This document shows positions 24,131 through 35,596 of a stretch of 64,000 nt of DNA, in pieces. The translations under genes were made by a program, and so were the position numbers. The stretch's first letter is position 1; every line of letters starts with the position of its first letter. The DNA comes from Eledone cirrhosa (lineage: Eukaryota): assembly GCA_964016885.1 (NCBI GenBank), contig OZ024744.1, positions 109,492,001 through 109,556,000 on the forward strand, written 5' to 3'. The notes under the pieces are model-generated. The model did no database searches, had not been told where the DNA came from, and was given only the letters and a program-made list of their open reading frames with translations.

Positions 24131-24987
24131 ACTAGCAGTGGTACCCGGCGTTGCACGGGATAAGGTATTGTGAAATATATAACAGCCTTAGCTAAGCTTA
24201 GTATTGCCACAACCACGGCTGGGATGTATTGTGTAAATCCTACATAGTATTCTGCTTTACCCATTATAGTCTTCTACTCTTTTCGCCGGTTCCATTTCCT
24301 CTCTGTATATCAAAGGTGTTGTAGGGTGGTATTTGACTGCATTGTAGTGTTCGTGTAAAGCTGTTCGTTCTACATATTTTAAAAGATACTAGTAAAGTTG
24401 TCTTTCTTGCTGCTATAGTTTGTTGGGCTACATCTTCAGTTGAAAAATAGACACGTTGTCCAATTTCCAAATGGACGCCAAGTTTTTGCACTGGTGAGTA
24501 ATGAGTTTGAATTAGGATTTAAAAAATGCACCAAAATGCTTCGTTAGAGCTGATATATTAATCGTGTTGGAAGTTGAACATCTCGTCTGACATATTTCGT
24601 TATTATAGCACAAACATGGTAGCATTGGAACCCTTGTTCATATATTTACACAAACTTTATAGGTTCCCCTCCATCCATTCCATTTCCGGAAAAATAGGCG
24701 ATTACGAGCATGTCGGGGACCAGATTAGTTGAAAACATACGAAAAAAATATCGGGAAAAAGATGTATTCGCGATCCCCAGCAGATGCCTTTCTATAAATT
24801 TAATAAGCTGAAAGGTTTTTATCTGCAACTTCGAAGGTCCCCACCCCTCCTCTGCTCCGTTTTCGGGAGTGGGTTGAATGTCAGATTAGTTGAAAATACA
24901 CGAAAAACCTTAATTATTACCAATTCTATTTAGTGTTGTTAGCAGTCAACAAACAAACAAGCTGCCTATTTATTATTGATTATAGAT
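24131..24987. mobile_element. Helentron/Helitron-derived element with RepHel fragment (24264-24650, minus strand)
   Basis: Termini are ACTAGCAGTGGTACCCGGCGTTGCACGGG and TATAGAT. The translation YISSNEAFWCIF...LGVHLEIGQRVYF...KTTLLVSFKICRTNSFTRTL matches the typical Helitron Rep/helicase region. Confidence 0.75.
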
Positions 24988-25114
24988 AATAAATAGGAAG
25001 CTTGTTTGTTTGTTGACTGCTAACAACACTAAATAGAATTGGTAATAATTAAGGTTTTTCGTGTATTTTCAACTAATCTGACATTCAACCCACTCCCGAA
25101 AACGGAGCAGAGGA
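24848..25114. repeat. Near-perfect inverted repeat (~128-bp arms)
   Basis: tcctctgctccgttttcgggagtgggttgaatgtcag... is mirrored at ...ctgacattcaacccactcccgaaaacggagcagagga. Confidence 0.9.
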
Positions 25115-25115
25115 T

Positions 25116-25303
25116 GTGGATTGGCAATATCGGTAGAGGGTCGGTCGCCATGCTTTGACGCATAGAGTTACGGCCCTTGCCATTCAGAGTTCAAATCCCG
25201 CCGAGGTTAACTTTGCCTTTCATCCTAATGGGGTCGATAAAATAAAGTACCAGTAATAGACTGGGTAATTTACTGGCCTTGTGCCAAAAGTAGAAACAAT
25301 TAT
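25116..25303 (+). mobile_element. SINE (family A), near full-length
   Basis: A box, B box, body and tail are present. attattgattatagataat is duplicated at ~24972 and ~25299. Confidence 0.9.
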
Positions 25304-25673
25304 TGATTATAGATAATTATAGATATTCTTTTGATTCCAAAAGGGTTGTTTTCACTTCATTAGCTCCTGTTCTTTCTTTCCTCTTTTGGGTGTCTCGCTC
25401 TCCCCTCTTTTATTTCTTCGTTTTCAGGAGAATTAGATACACTTTATATTCTGTCATGGCTTACTAGCTCCATACGGATGCTTGATTTAAATAAATAAAG
25501 TATGGGGAGAGGGATAATTTTTGTTTTCGTTTACTTTATATTCCCATGTTGCTAGCTATGACAATGTGTTGGAAGTGTATTATTGATTAACAGTGCAGAG
25601 AGATGACAGGTGTAATAACATGAAGTGGGAGTGTGGAGGGGTGAGGAAAGAGGAGGAGGGGGTTAGGAAGGGC

Positions 25674-25728
<55 letters not shown>

Positions 25729-25807
25729 ATCGAGTGAGGCATGGGTGCAGAACAGAGGAGGAGAAGGAAAGAAGGAGAGAGGGAGAAAGGTGGTCATATA
25801 TATAAAT

Positions 25808-25870
<63 letters not shown>

Positions 25871-26052
25871 GGCGCGTGGGTGAGTGGTTAGAGAATTGGA
25901 TTCGCAATCGTAAGGTTGAGAGTTCGATTCTCGGACCAGGCGATGCGTTATGTCCTTGAGCAAGACACTTTATTTCACGTTGCTCCTTCTACCTGGAGTT
26001 GCGACCGATAGAGAGTATTAGCAATCGGTCCGATTTGACGAAAGTCGATCGA
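25871..26052 (+). mobile_element. tRNA-derived SINE family B
   Basis: The tRNA-like head ggcgcgtgggtgagtggttagag...gagttcgattctcgg is followed by tgtccttgagcaagacacttta. Confidence 0.8.
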
Positions 26053-26101
26053 CTTATATATACATATATATATACATATATGCATATATATATATATATA
26101 A

Positions 26102-26669
26102 GCGGAAAAAATGAAACGAAATTTCATTTCCCACTCTTAGTACGGCTGTTACTTAAATATAAGCATGTACACGTACATACATATATGTATACAGACGTAC
26201 AGTAGTATGTATATATATATACATACATGCACACATATATATATGTACGTATGGATTCACCGAACATTTATTATAATGATCGGTGTGTTTGTAAACAAAC
26301 CTCCCGTATTAAGCCGTAGTGTCTAGCAACCATCGTTGCTCGTTTGTTCAACACTGACAAAGGAACGCTGTACTAGTTTCAAGCTTATTAGCTATCGTCA
26401 GCAACGTATACCTTCCTGCCAGATTGTTGAACGTATATACTTACCTTATGCATATTAACGACTGAGTAGCCCAATTTGCATATCGAGTGGGTTAATCGGC
26501 CGAGTGCACTGAAACGATAAACGGAAAAAATGAAACGAAATTTCATTTCCCACTCTTAGTACGGCTGTTACTTAAATATAAGTATGTACACGTACATACA
26601 TATATGTATACAGACGTACAGTAGTATGTATGTATATATATACATACATGCACACATATATATATGTAC

Positions 26670-26672
<3 letters not shown>
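26102..26672 (-). mobile_element. ORF-less 420-bp hammerhead unit with ~150-bp terminal redundancy (retrozyme-like / non-autonomous PLE)
   Basis: Bases 26102-26252 repeat at 26522-26672, with an internal hammerhead. Related copies are at 16258-16485 and 33690-34080. Confidence 0.7.
26365..26407 (-). ncRNA. Minimal type I hammerhead (family H4)
   Basis: The reverse complement reads acgttg-CTGACGA-t-agct-aata-agct-t-GAAA-ctag-TA-cagcgt, with a palindromic stem III. Confidence 0.8.
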
Positions 26673-26711
<39 letters not shown>

Positions 26712-26980
26712 GGAAAGTTATATTTAAATTGTTGGGTTACAACTAGTAAATATTTATAACTAATATAAAAGCACTCGACAAGTATTTGGAGTATATTTAC
26801 AATATTAAATAAATGGAAACTATATTTATAAAACCATATCTATTTCATTATATATATTTCAGGGATATCATATTAACAATATGCTATGCCTTCCTCAGAC
26901 AAAATACAATATAAACAGTTTTATAGATAAATAGATTTGACATACCGTAACAACATCGACTTGTAACAAGTCGTGTTTGG

Positions 26981-27039
<59 letters not shown>

Positions 27040-27056
<17 letters not shown>

Positions 27057-27530
27057 CCACACACACATACACGTACATATACACATATGCATACACATAC
27101 ACACACACATATACATGTGTGTATGTGTAAAGCTCAGTATTAGATAAGACAAATGAACCTTACATAAACGTATATATAGTAGTAAAGTAATAAAGCAACA
27201 TAAGGCAATTAATCCATACACCAGAGGTTTCTTAAAAGCAAAAAATGTTTCCTTCAATCTTCAGAATGAAAAAAATGATAAACCAGGATAAACCAGGCTT
27301 TTTTCATTTTTTTCATTCTGAAGATTGAAGGAAACATTTTTTGCTTTTAAGAAACCTCTGGTGTATGGATTACTTTACTACTATATATACGTTTATGTAA
27401 GGTTCATTTGTCTTATCTAATACTGAGCTTTACACATACACACATGTATATGTGTGTGTGTATGTGTATGCATATGTGTATATGTACGTGTATGTGTGTG
27501 TGGGTATATATATATATATATATATATATA
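27040..27530. repeat. Inverted duplication of a Naiad pLTR with two H3 hammerheads (~27212-27270 minus, ~27312-27370 plus)
   Basis: The arms mirror around gataaaccaggataaaccagg. The cores read CTGAAGA...GAAAcctctggTG, so the cleavage-site nucleotide is G. Confidence 0.8.
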
Positions 27531-27603
27531 AAACCACTTTTCATATGTTGATTTAAAACTGCACTACCCACAAGTGTTTTTTAGCCTTCATATCATGTTC
27601 TCC

Positions 27604-27674
27604 TGTTTTATCTGATGAAAACACAAATATTATTGCATGATGATGTTTGTTTTTGAAATGCGCATAATAAAATA
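27604..27674 (+). ncRNA. Type I hammerhead (family H1 variant)
   Basis: tgttttat-CTGATGA-aaacacaaatat...atgtttgttttt-GAAA-tgcgca-TA-ataaaata. Confidence 0.75.
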
Positions 27675-27795
27675 CATGGAACTCCTTTAACCATCTTTTG
27701 ATCTTATATTATGTATACTCCAGTCCTACAAACTGTAGAGTGCTTCTTATCCGATATCTGCATTGCTTTATTGTACTACAATAAAACTCACCTCC

Positions 27796-27839
<44 letters not shown>

Positions 27840-27852
<13 letters not shown>

Positions 27853-27879
27853 GTATATGTGTGCGTGTGTATTTATTTT

Positions 27880-27913
<34 letters not shown>

Positions 27914-28037
27914 TATTTGGTTGTGCGTGCTTTTGATATATACGTATTTGCATGTGTATAATTGTTTAGCTATGTATGTATATGTGTGTTTACGTATATA
28001 TATGTGTGTGTGCGTTTATATTTTATATTTTTGTATG

Positions 28038-28074
<37 letters not shown>

Positions 28075-28483
28075 ATATAATTACATATACATGTGTATGT
28101 GTTTTTATTATATACGTGTGCGTGTTTGTGCATGTATGTGTATGTATGTGTTTATGTATTTGTATATGTATATTTATGTGCGAGAGTGTGTGTATGTATT
28201 TACTATTTCGTACGTATGTATACGTACATTTGTGTGTATTACTTACCACGCGTGTCTGTCCAGTTAGCTGCGTTCTGTATCGCTGTCAAAAATTTTTTAA
28301 TATATATATATATTTTTTTTCTTATATTTATTTGCGTGTGTGAATATGTAGAGGAGTGCATTCATGTATGTGTATGTATGTACGTTGTATGTATGTGTAT
28401 TTATATATGTGTGTGTGTATGGCTGTTTGTGTATGTGTATTCTTGTACACACACATGTGTATGTGTGTGTATGTGTATGTGTG

Positions 28484-28529
<46 letters not shown>

Positions 28530-28531
28530 AA

Positions 28532-28570
<39 letters not shown>

Positions 28571-28932
28571 ATGTATGAATGTATGTATGTGTATATGTGT
28601 GTATATATGTGTATGTGTGTGTAGGTGCACGTTTTATATATATATGTGTATATGTATATATGTATGCGTACATTTATATATATGTATATATGTGTGTGTA
28701 AGTATGCTTTTGTGTTGTTTTGTGCGTGTTTGCATGTGTAGTTTTATTTTATTTTTCCTTTCCTTCTTCCTTCTCCAGCCTCACTTCCATATAGATTGCA
28801 TTTTTGTTTTTAAAATCCAAATTCAATAAACAGACCAGGATTTTTTCATTCTGAGGATTGAAAGCAAAATCTTTTGTTTTTAAGAAACCACTGGTAAATG
28901 GAATAATTGCCTTATGTTGTTTATTACATAAT
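27840..28932 (+). mobile_element. Additional copy of the Naiad 3' UTR/pLTR
   Basis: It is the reverse complement of ~17270-18390, including gtctgtccagttagctgcgttctgtatcgctgtc and the H3 hammerhead. Confidence 0.8.
28844..28903 (+). ncRNA. Type I hammerhead (family H3)
   Basis: tttcatt-CTGAGGA-ttgaaagcaaaa/ttttgtttttaa-GAAA-ccactgg-TA-aatggaa. Confidence 0.8.
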
Positions 28933-29018
<86 letters not shown>

Positions 29019-29974
29019 GGAACTCCTTTAACCATCTTTTGATCTTATATATTATATGCTTTTTACATTCATTTGATTTATTGATTTATTGATAGTTTAT
29101 CTGAGTGTCCCGAATCTTCCATATCGCAATTTTTCGGTTGTTTGGTTGATTGTAGACATATTCTACGTGTGACGGTATTTTAACGATAGTTATAGCTCTG
29201 ATTTATTTGAATTATGGAGCCCTCTGCCGCTCATCTCGAATTTTGTTTATCGTGAACTCGTGCGCCGATTTTTCGATACTCGATTATTCTACTATTATAT
29301 ATACATATATATATATATATATGGCATACGTTAAGAAAGTGAAAGTAATTTTTGACAACACTGAATTTTTGACAACACAGTGAATTTTTTTTTTTTTTAC
29401 AATGAAAGTTACGATACACGCAATTGTATGGATTTCTTAATATATATATATGTGTGGGTGTTTATATGTGTGTATATATATGTGTGTCTGTATGTATATA
29501 TATATGTGTGTTTGTATATATATATGTGTTTGTGTCATCATCATCGTTTAACGTCTATCTTCCACGCAAGCATTGGTTTAGACGTGTATATATGTTTGTG
29601 TGTATATATGTTTTTGTAATATCTCGCTTTAAAAAATGTTATTTCTTTCAACACAAAATGTCATTATTTAAAAAAAAAAATTCTGTACACACAATACACA
29701 CAAAAAAAGAAAAAGAAAAAATAATCACACACGCAATACTAATTAACACCATATCACTATAGAGACCTGTTGTAAATAAACAAACAAATTCACTGTCTAC
29801 ACACATATATACACACATATACACCCCCACACATATATATATACTAAGAAATCCATACAATTGCGTGTGTATCGTAACTTTCACTATTGAGACCTGTTGT
29901 AAAAAAAAATTTTTTTTAAATTCAGTGTTGTCAAAAATTACTTTCACTTTCCGGAACGCCCGTCTTAACGTATG

Positions 29975-30049
<75 letters not shown>

Positions 30050-30495
30050 GTACATATATATATATGTGTGCATGTATGTATATATATACATACTACTGTA
30101 CGTCTGTATACATATATGTATGTACGTGTACATACATATATGTATGCCAAACCTATGACTTCCAAATATCTGATCCACCGAAACTCACCTGTTTCGGACC
30201 ATACCAAAATCAACATACTGATTGCGGATTTAGTACGGCTGATGAGAAACGTGTCCCGCATGTGAACCCCACAGAACTAGAGAGATACATACAACACTTC
30301 ATCCACCGTATGCAGTCTCTGGTTACAATCAGAGTATATAGAGGAGCCAGAACCAAATGGGAAAAAATGGTAAATAATGATACAAATGGGACCTGTCCCT
30401 TGTATAGGAGCAAATTTTGAAATAGAATAGAAAGAACTAGGAATAAGGTTAATAGAATAAACTCATGGCATGATAGCAATAAATACCAGAGTGTA

Positions 30496-31029
30496 ATGTT
30501 CATCAATACAACCCGTAGAGGTGAATTAGCTTACAAATTTAGAAGGGCCCTAGATAAACATAAACTTAATATTAAGATAGTAGAAAGACCAGGTACCCCC
30601 ATAAAAACACTTATTAGCAATACATACCCTTTTCAAAGACCTCCCTGTATAGATAAGAAATGCATAATCTGTAAACTAAGCCCCCATATTAACTGTAAAA
30701 CTAGAAATGTAGTATATAGCATAAGATGTACTGAAGGACAATGTAAAGATAAGAATATAGTGTACATAGGTGAGACAGCTCGTAGCATAGGAGAACGGTT
30801 AAATGAACACTGGCGAGAACTTCAAGATAAAAAAGAATCATCAATACTCCACCAATATGCTAAAATAGAACATAAGGGAAAATTAGAAAACATAGAAATA
30901 AAAATAGAATCTACACACAGAAAAGACGCAATGTTTAGACAAATCACAGAGGCAATAAACATAAATGAGCTCCAACCAAAATTAAATAGAAAACATGAAT
31001 GGAATAGCAACATCACAACTTGCAATTAA
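30496..31029 (+). pseudogene. PLE GIY-YIG endonuclease domain (open 177 aa)
   Basis: CIDKKCIICK...NCKTRNVVY...YIGET...RLNEH...RQITEAINI...LNRKHEW. Confidence 0.9.
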
Positions 31030-31225
31030 GGACAAAATGAAAACTCACACACACAGAACAAACAACTAACTAGTAACATGTAAATAAACAAATAAATAAA
31101 CAAATAAAAACACACACAGACACCCGGATGTAACACATGCGCAAACTAAGCACACAACACACACAAAAACAAGATGGCGTAGGACAGATCAAAGGAGAGG
31201 CACAAAACAAAGAAAAGAATCCCCA

Positions 31226-31268
31226 GTCACTGAAGAGGTCACAGAATGTGTGACGAAAGAACTTTGAC
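31226..31268 (+). ncRNA. Minimal type I hammerhead (family H2)
   Basis: gtca-CTGAAGA-g-gtcaca-gaatg-tgtgac-GAAA-gaac-TT-tgac. Confidence 0.7.
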
Positions 31269-33442
31269 AATATATGAACAACCGTCCGGTTATGGAACCA
31301 ACCAGCCATCCTGAAATTTATAAATTCTTAAATTTATAAATTTAATTTATAATAAATTGGAGTGAAAGCAACTGGTGCGTGTGTTTCTTATTGCCAACAT
31401 GACCCTCCCAATGCATAACAATATCGCTTTCGACTCACGTTTTCAGATAAAGAATCTTGCTAAACAAATTCAGAAACGAAATATATATATATATATAAGT
31501 TAAAACAGAAAAAACAAAAACAATAACGAAGAGTGCAGTACAAAGTGTTAGGAAGGGTGAGAATGAGACAATGTATGTAGGTTTGTATTAGTTACGTAGT
31601 GCCGGAACTACAACGGAAATAAATAATGACGAAATGTCGAGAGAAATTAAATTTTTTTTCTGATATTTAATTAAAAAATATATATAAAAGAGAATTCATC
31701 GCTGAAACAGCCATTAAAACAGCTAAATGCTGTCAAGTTTTCTTTCGTCCTTCTATCTGTGCTGTTTGTTTTATCACACATATCAAACCAGTAGAAAGAT
31801 TTATTTTTCTGTTGTAGGATCTACTATTTTAAAATGGTACTCCCAATTAAATCGTGCGAAACTATTTTATTGGTTTGAGAGCTGATGGATGTAAAGATAT
31901 GTGTGTGTAAACTTGTCTTGTACATCACCTTTCTTTATTTCCTTCTTTCAGTCACTTCTATCCACCAACACCCTTCTCCTTGTCCTCCTCATCTTTCAAT
32001 ATTTTCTATATTCCATCTGCCTGTCCCCAACCTTGTAGATTGTCTCTCTGTTGACCACTGGCTGCTGGTCTCTGAGACATTCAGCTGCGTTAATAGCTGT
32101 TCTAGCAATGAATTTTCTCATTTTTATAGGTATTCAACTACTTTCGCTTTGTCTAGATCAGAGACAACATTGTTTGTTTTGTTTTGTTTTGTTTTTTTAA
32201 TTAAATAAAAAATATTTAAATGAAACAAAAAATAAAAAAAGAAAAGAAAGAGAATTAAGCAACGAAAGAAGAGGAGGAACAGACTGTACACTCCCGTCTG
32301 AATGGTGATTCGGGCATGTCCATCAGATAGAATGATGAAGGTATTGCGATGGAGAATGACCAGTAACACGCACTATAATAACCACTCCACCTCACTGGGC
32401 TCCTTCTTCAGGCAGGCTGCTGTCTTTCCAATTGTACAGAGGAAATCAGCAGTGCAGGGACACCAGAGGACTTCAGGGCAACTGGTTCAAAACGAAAACA
32501 GTCAATCAAGCCTCGGTATTTGTGTATCTTCTTCACCACTGCATTGCAGGTGGCGGTGTCGGGGTGTGGGTCAAAGTGATAAGCAATTTCATGTAGAATT
32601 ATCTTGCTAAAACTCCTTACTGATTTCATGTATTTTCAGACATTTAGTAACCTTAGGCGGTTCGTCGATTCCTTTGAGTTGATTTTTCTTAAGATGGGAA
32701 TTCAGATCGATTTTTAAAAAAATACATCTCCACAACCACCACAACCACACCAATCTCCACCAAAACCACCGACAGCTTCACCATCACCATCATCACTACC
32801 AGCAGCACCATATATATATATATATATATTGTCGTACATCACCCTGGTGGTTATTTAATTGCCATAGGCTCTATGAGGCAAAACGTTCTATCTTTTAAAT
32901 AACCGAAACTGAGATTGAGCCTCATAAAATAGCTGATGACAGGGTTAAATATTTCAATGTTTCTATCCGGAGATAACATATTAAAAATACACAATTATTT
33001 ACATTTGTCCAGTGGTCGATGAGTGCTTTTATTGGTGTTCGTTTTGTTGCAAGTATTCTGACCATGTGTCTATTGTGAGGATAGATATTCTTCCCATCTC
33101 CCACCTACCATTCTTGGAGGCCCGGAAAAGTTCATATAAAAGATAACCGGGTTATTCATCTGACTAAGCAACTAAAAGTTATAATAATTTTTGAAACAAA
33201 ACATCTTTGCTTTAAATAAAAACATTTCCTAAACATCTAAATGCATGACAGTTATTATTAATATCTCACAGTTGTAGTTAATGCCTGACAGTTGTTATAA
33301 GAGCATATCATTTTTTAGGCTATTAACCTCACCTTTAAAGTGTTGTATTTAAAATAGTTGTCTACAATGTCTTTTGATGTATCATTGTCGTCAGGTTTCT
33401 TATTCTTATGTGAATCATATAACACACACACATATATATATG

Positions 33443-33507
33443 TAAAGAATGCGACCATTTCTGTTGGAAGCTCCGGGAGCTTCCAACAGAAATGGTCGCA
33501 TTCTTTA
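33443..33507. repeat. Perfect 65-bp palindrome (32-bp arms, 1-nt centre)
   Basis: taaagaatgcgaccatttctgttggaagctcc-g-ggagcttccaacagaaatggtcgcattcttta. Confidence 0.95.
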
Positions 33508-33547
33508 TGGGTATGTCAATATTTATTTATAAAACTGATCTATATTA

Positions 33548-33612
33548 TATTTTATCTGATGAAAGCACACCATAATTTAACTTGGTGTCCTTGAAATATG
33601 TATAATGAAATA
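33548..33612 (+). ncRNA. Type I hammerhead (family H1)
   Basis: tattttat-CTGATGA-aagcacacca...tggtgtcctt-GAAA-tatgta-TA-atgaaata. Confidence 0.8.
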
Positions 33613-33653
33613 AATATGGTTTTATAAATATAGTTTCCATTTGTTAATATATC

Positions 33654-33691
<38 letters not shown>

Positions 33692-33721
33692 CGAACGTTC
33701 AACTATCTGGCAGATGGGTAT

Positions 33722-33764
33722 ACGGTGCAGATGATAGCTAACAAGCTTGAAACTAGTACATCGT
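33722..33764 (+). ncRNA. H4 hammerhead, core variant CAGATGA
   Basis: acggtg-CAGATGA-t-agct-aaca-agct-t-GAAA-ctag-TA-catcgt. Stem I covaries with the 26365 copy. Confidence 0.65.
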
Positions 33765-33911
33765 TCCTGTGTCAGTGTTGAACAAAAAGGTGACGTGGTT
33801 GCCTTAACACCGTATGGCATAAATTCAGGCTGTTCAGTTTGTTTACAAACGAACAAAGCGGCGTTATAATAAGCGTCCGCTAAACTGATGCGTGCATATA
33901 TGTATGTGTAC

Positions 33912-33968
<57 letters not shown>

Positions 33969-34079
33969 TGCTACTGTACGTCTGTATACATATATGTATG
34001 TACGTATACATACATACTTACATTTAAGTAAGTGCCATACTAAGAGTGAGAAATGAAATTTCGTTTTCATTTTTTTTCA

Positions 34080-34129
<50 letters not shown>

Positions 34130-34233
34130 TATTGAAATTTCCGTTGAAAACAGAAAAGGTCATAGAAGTGAAGAGTGCTCTATGTAAGTATCAGAGCAAA
34201 ATTTAATGTATAAAAATCAATACAATATAATTA

Positions 34234-34303
34234 CCTCATTACCAGAGGTTTCCCGAATGAGGCGAATACGAAAGAAACGTCTTCATTCGTTCGTCAGACG
34301 AAG
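34234..34303 (-). ncRNA. Type I hammerhead (family H5), 3' pLTR
   Basis: The reverse complement reads cttcgt-CTGACGA-a-cgaatga...tcattcg-g-GAAA-cc-tct-gg-TA-atgagg. Confidence 0.8.
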
Positions 34304-35084
34304 CAATATAAAACATGGGTAAATACTTGGAAAGTCTCATCAAGAAAAGCAAAAAAACAAAAAAAAACAAAAAGATATAGACAAATGAATTAGAATATGA
34401 AATATATAATAATCTTTCAAGAAATATAGTTAGGTGTGTGTATATGTATGTATATACGCTCACAGATGTGCATATATGTGTATGCACATATGTATACGTA
34501 TAGTGAAAAAGTGTGCGTAAATATATAATTTAGGGCAAATGTATCTGTATGTCTGTAATCTACAGACAGAATAGATACATCATAAGAATATGAAGGCACG
34601 CGCATAAACACACCTACACACACGTACACTTAGATGCGGAAGTAAAAGGGGTAAGGAAGTGTAATAATTAAAGGAAAGTATCAATCTCGATATATTTATA
34701 AAAATGGAACAATAATTTAGAAAGAAAAAATTAAAGAAAAGAAGACAAAAAAGGTACATACATACACAAACACGTATATCTCACAAAAGAAACGCAAAAA
34801 TATACATGCTTATATATACACGCACACTTACACATCCATACGTTCGATACGTACACACACACACACATACTTACACTCACGCATATTGACCTGTTTGCAT
34901 GCACACACATACAAATGTAAAAAAAAGGGGGGAGAAGAAAAAAGGAACAAAACATAAAACCTAGATGTAAAAACACGGATATAAAGACACATACACATAC
35001 ACATACCATACATATATATATATATATGCAAAAGTTTTATTTAAAATTGTTGGGTTAGACCAACAAGTAAATATAAACGCGTGC

Positions 35085-35122
<38 letters not shown>

Positions 35123-35596
35123 GCACGCGCGCGCACATACGTAGTCGCTCATGTACATATATAGAAAGTATACACACATTAAGGCGTTCAGACACATTGG
35201 TACAGGGAGTAAAAAAACTTGTGGATAAGTAAGTACAAATATAAAATTATAAAATTGCAAGATTGGCTGCGCTAAAATTAAAAATAAAAATAAAAAATAT
35301 ATCTTGAGTGGAAAACGCATATGATAAGTATAATCAGTTAGTGAAGGAAATAGGGAAGTAAAAAATGGAAAGTGAAGATATTAGGTAAGTGAATCGGAGA
35401 ATAAAGGAGGGGGGGTTATTGGTGGATGTGAAGTAAAAATAAAAATTAAAAAAATTAAAAAAATATAAAAAAATATATATATATATATAAATATAAAAAT
35501 AAAAATAAAAATAAAAATAAAAATAAAGGAAATTAATGACAAGGATAAAAATGAAAGTAAATCAGAAAGGGTAATTATAAAGAGAATAATAAGAGT

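Larger units (their letters stand above)
30146..31422 (+). mobile_element. 5'-truncated Neptune-like PLE (RT thumb remnant, GIY-YIG, pLTR)
   Basis: [36 protein letters not shown] is followed by a Cys-rich linker, NVVYSIRC...YIGETARSIGERLNEH and a pLTR with a hammerhead. Confidence 0.85.

Noticed and set aside
25871-25945. tRNA gene
   Set aside because: It is a tRNA-like SINE head that continues into a SINE body repeated at 16995, and the cloverleaf is imperfect.
30234-30260. CTGATGA-GAAAcgtgTC hammerhead-like string
   Set aside because: It has no stem II and lies in PLE coding sequence (RLMRNVSR), so it is likely coincidental.
32900-32945. Permuted (type II) hammerhead GAAA...CTGATGA
   Set aside because: There is no room for stem I and no stem II pairing.
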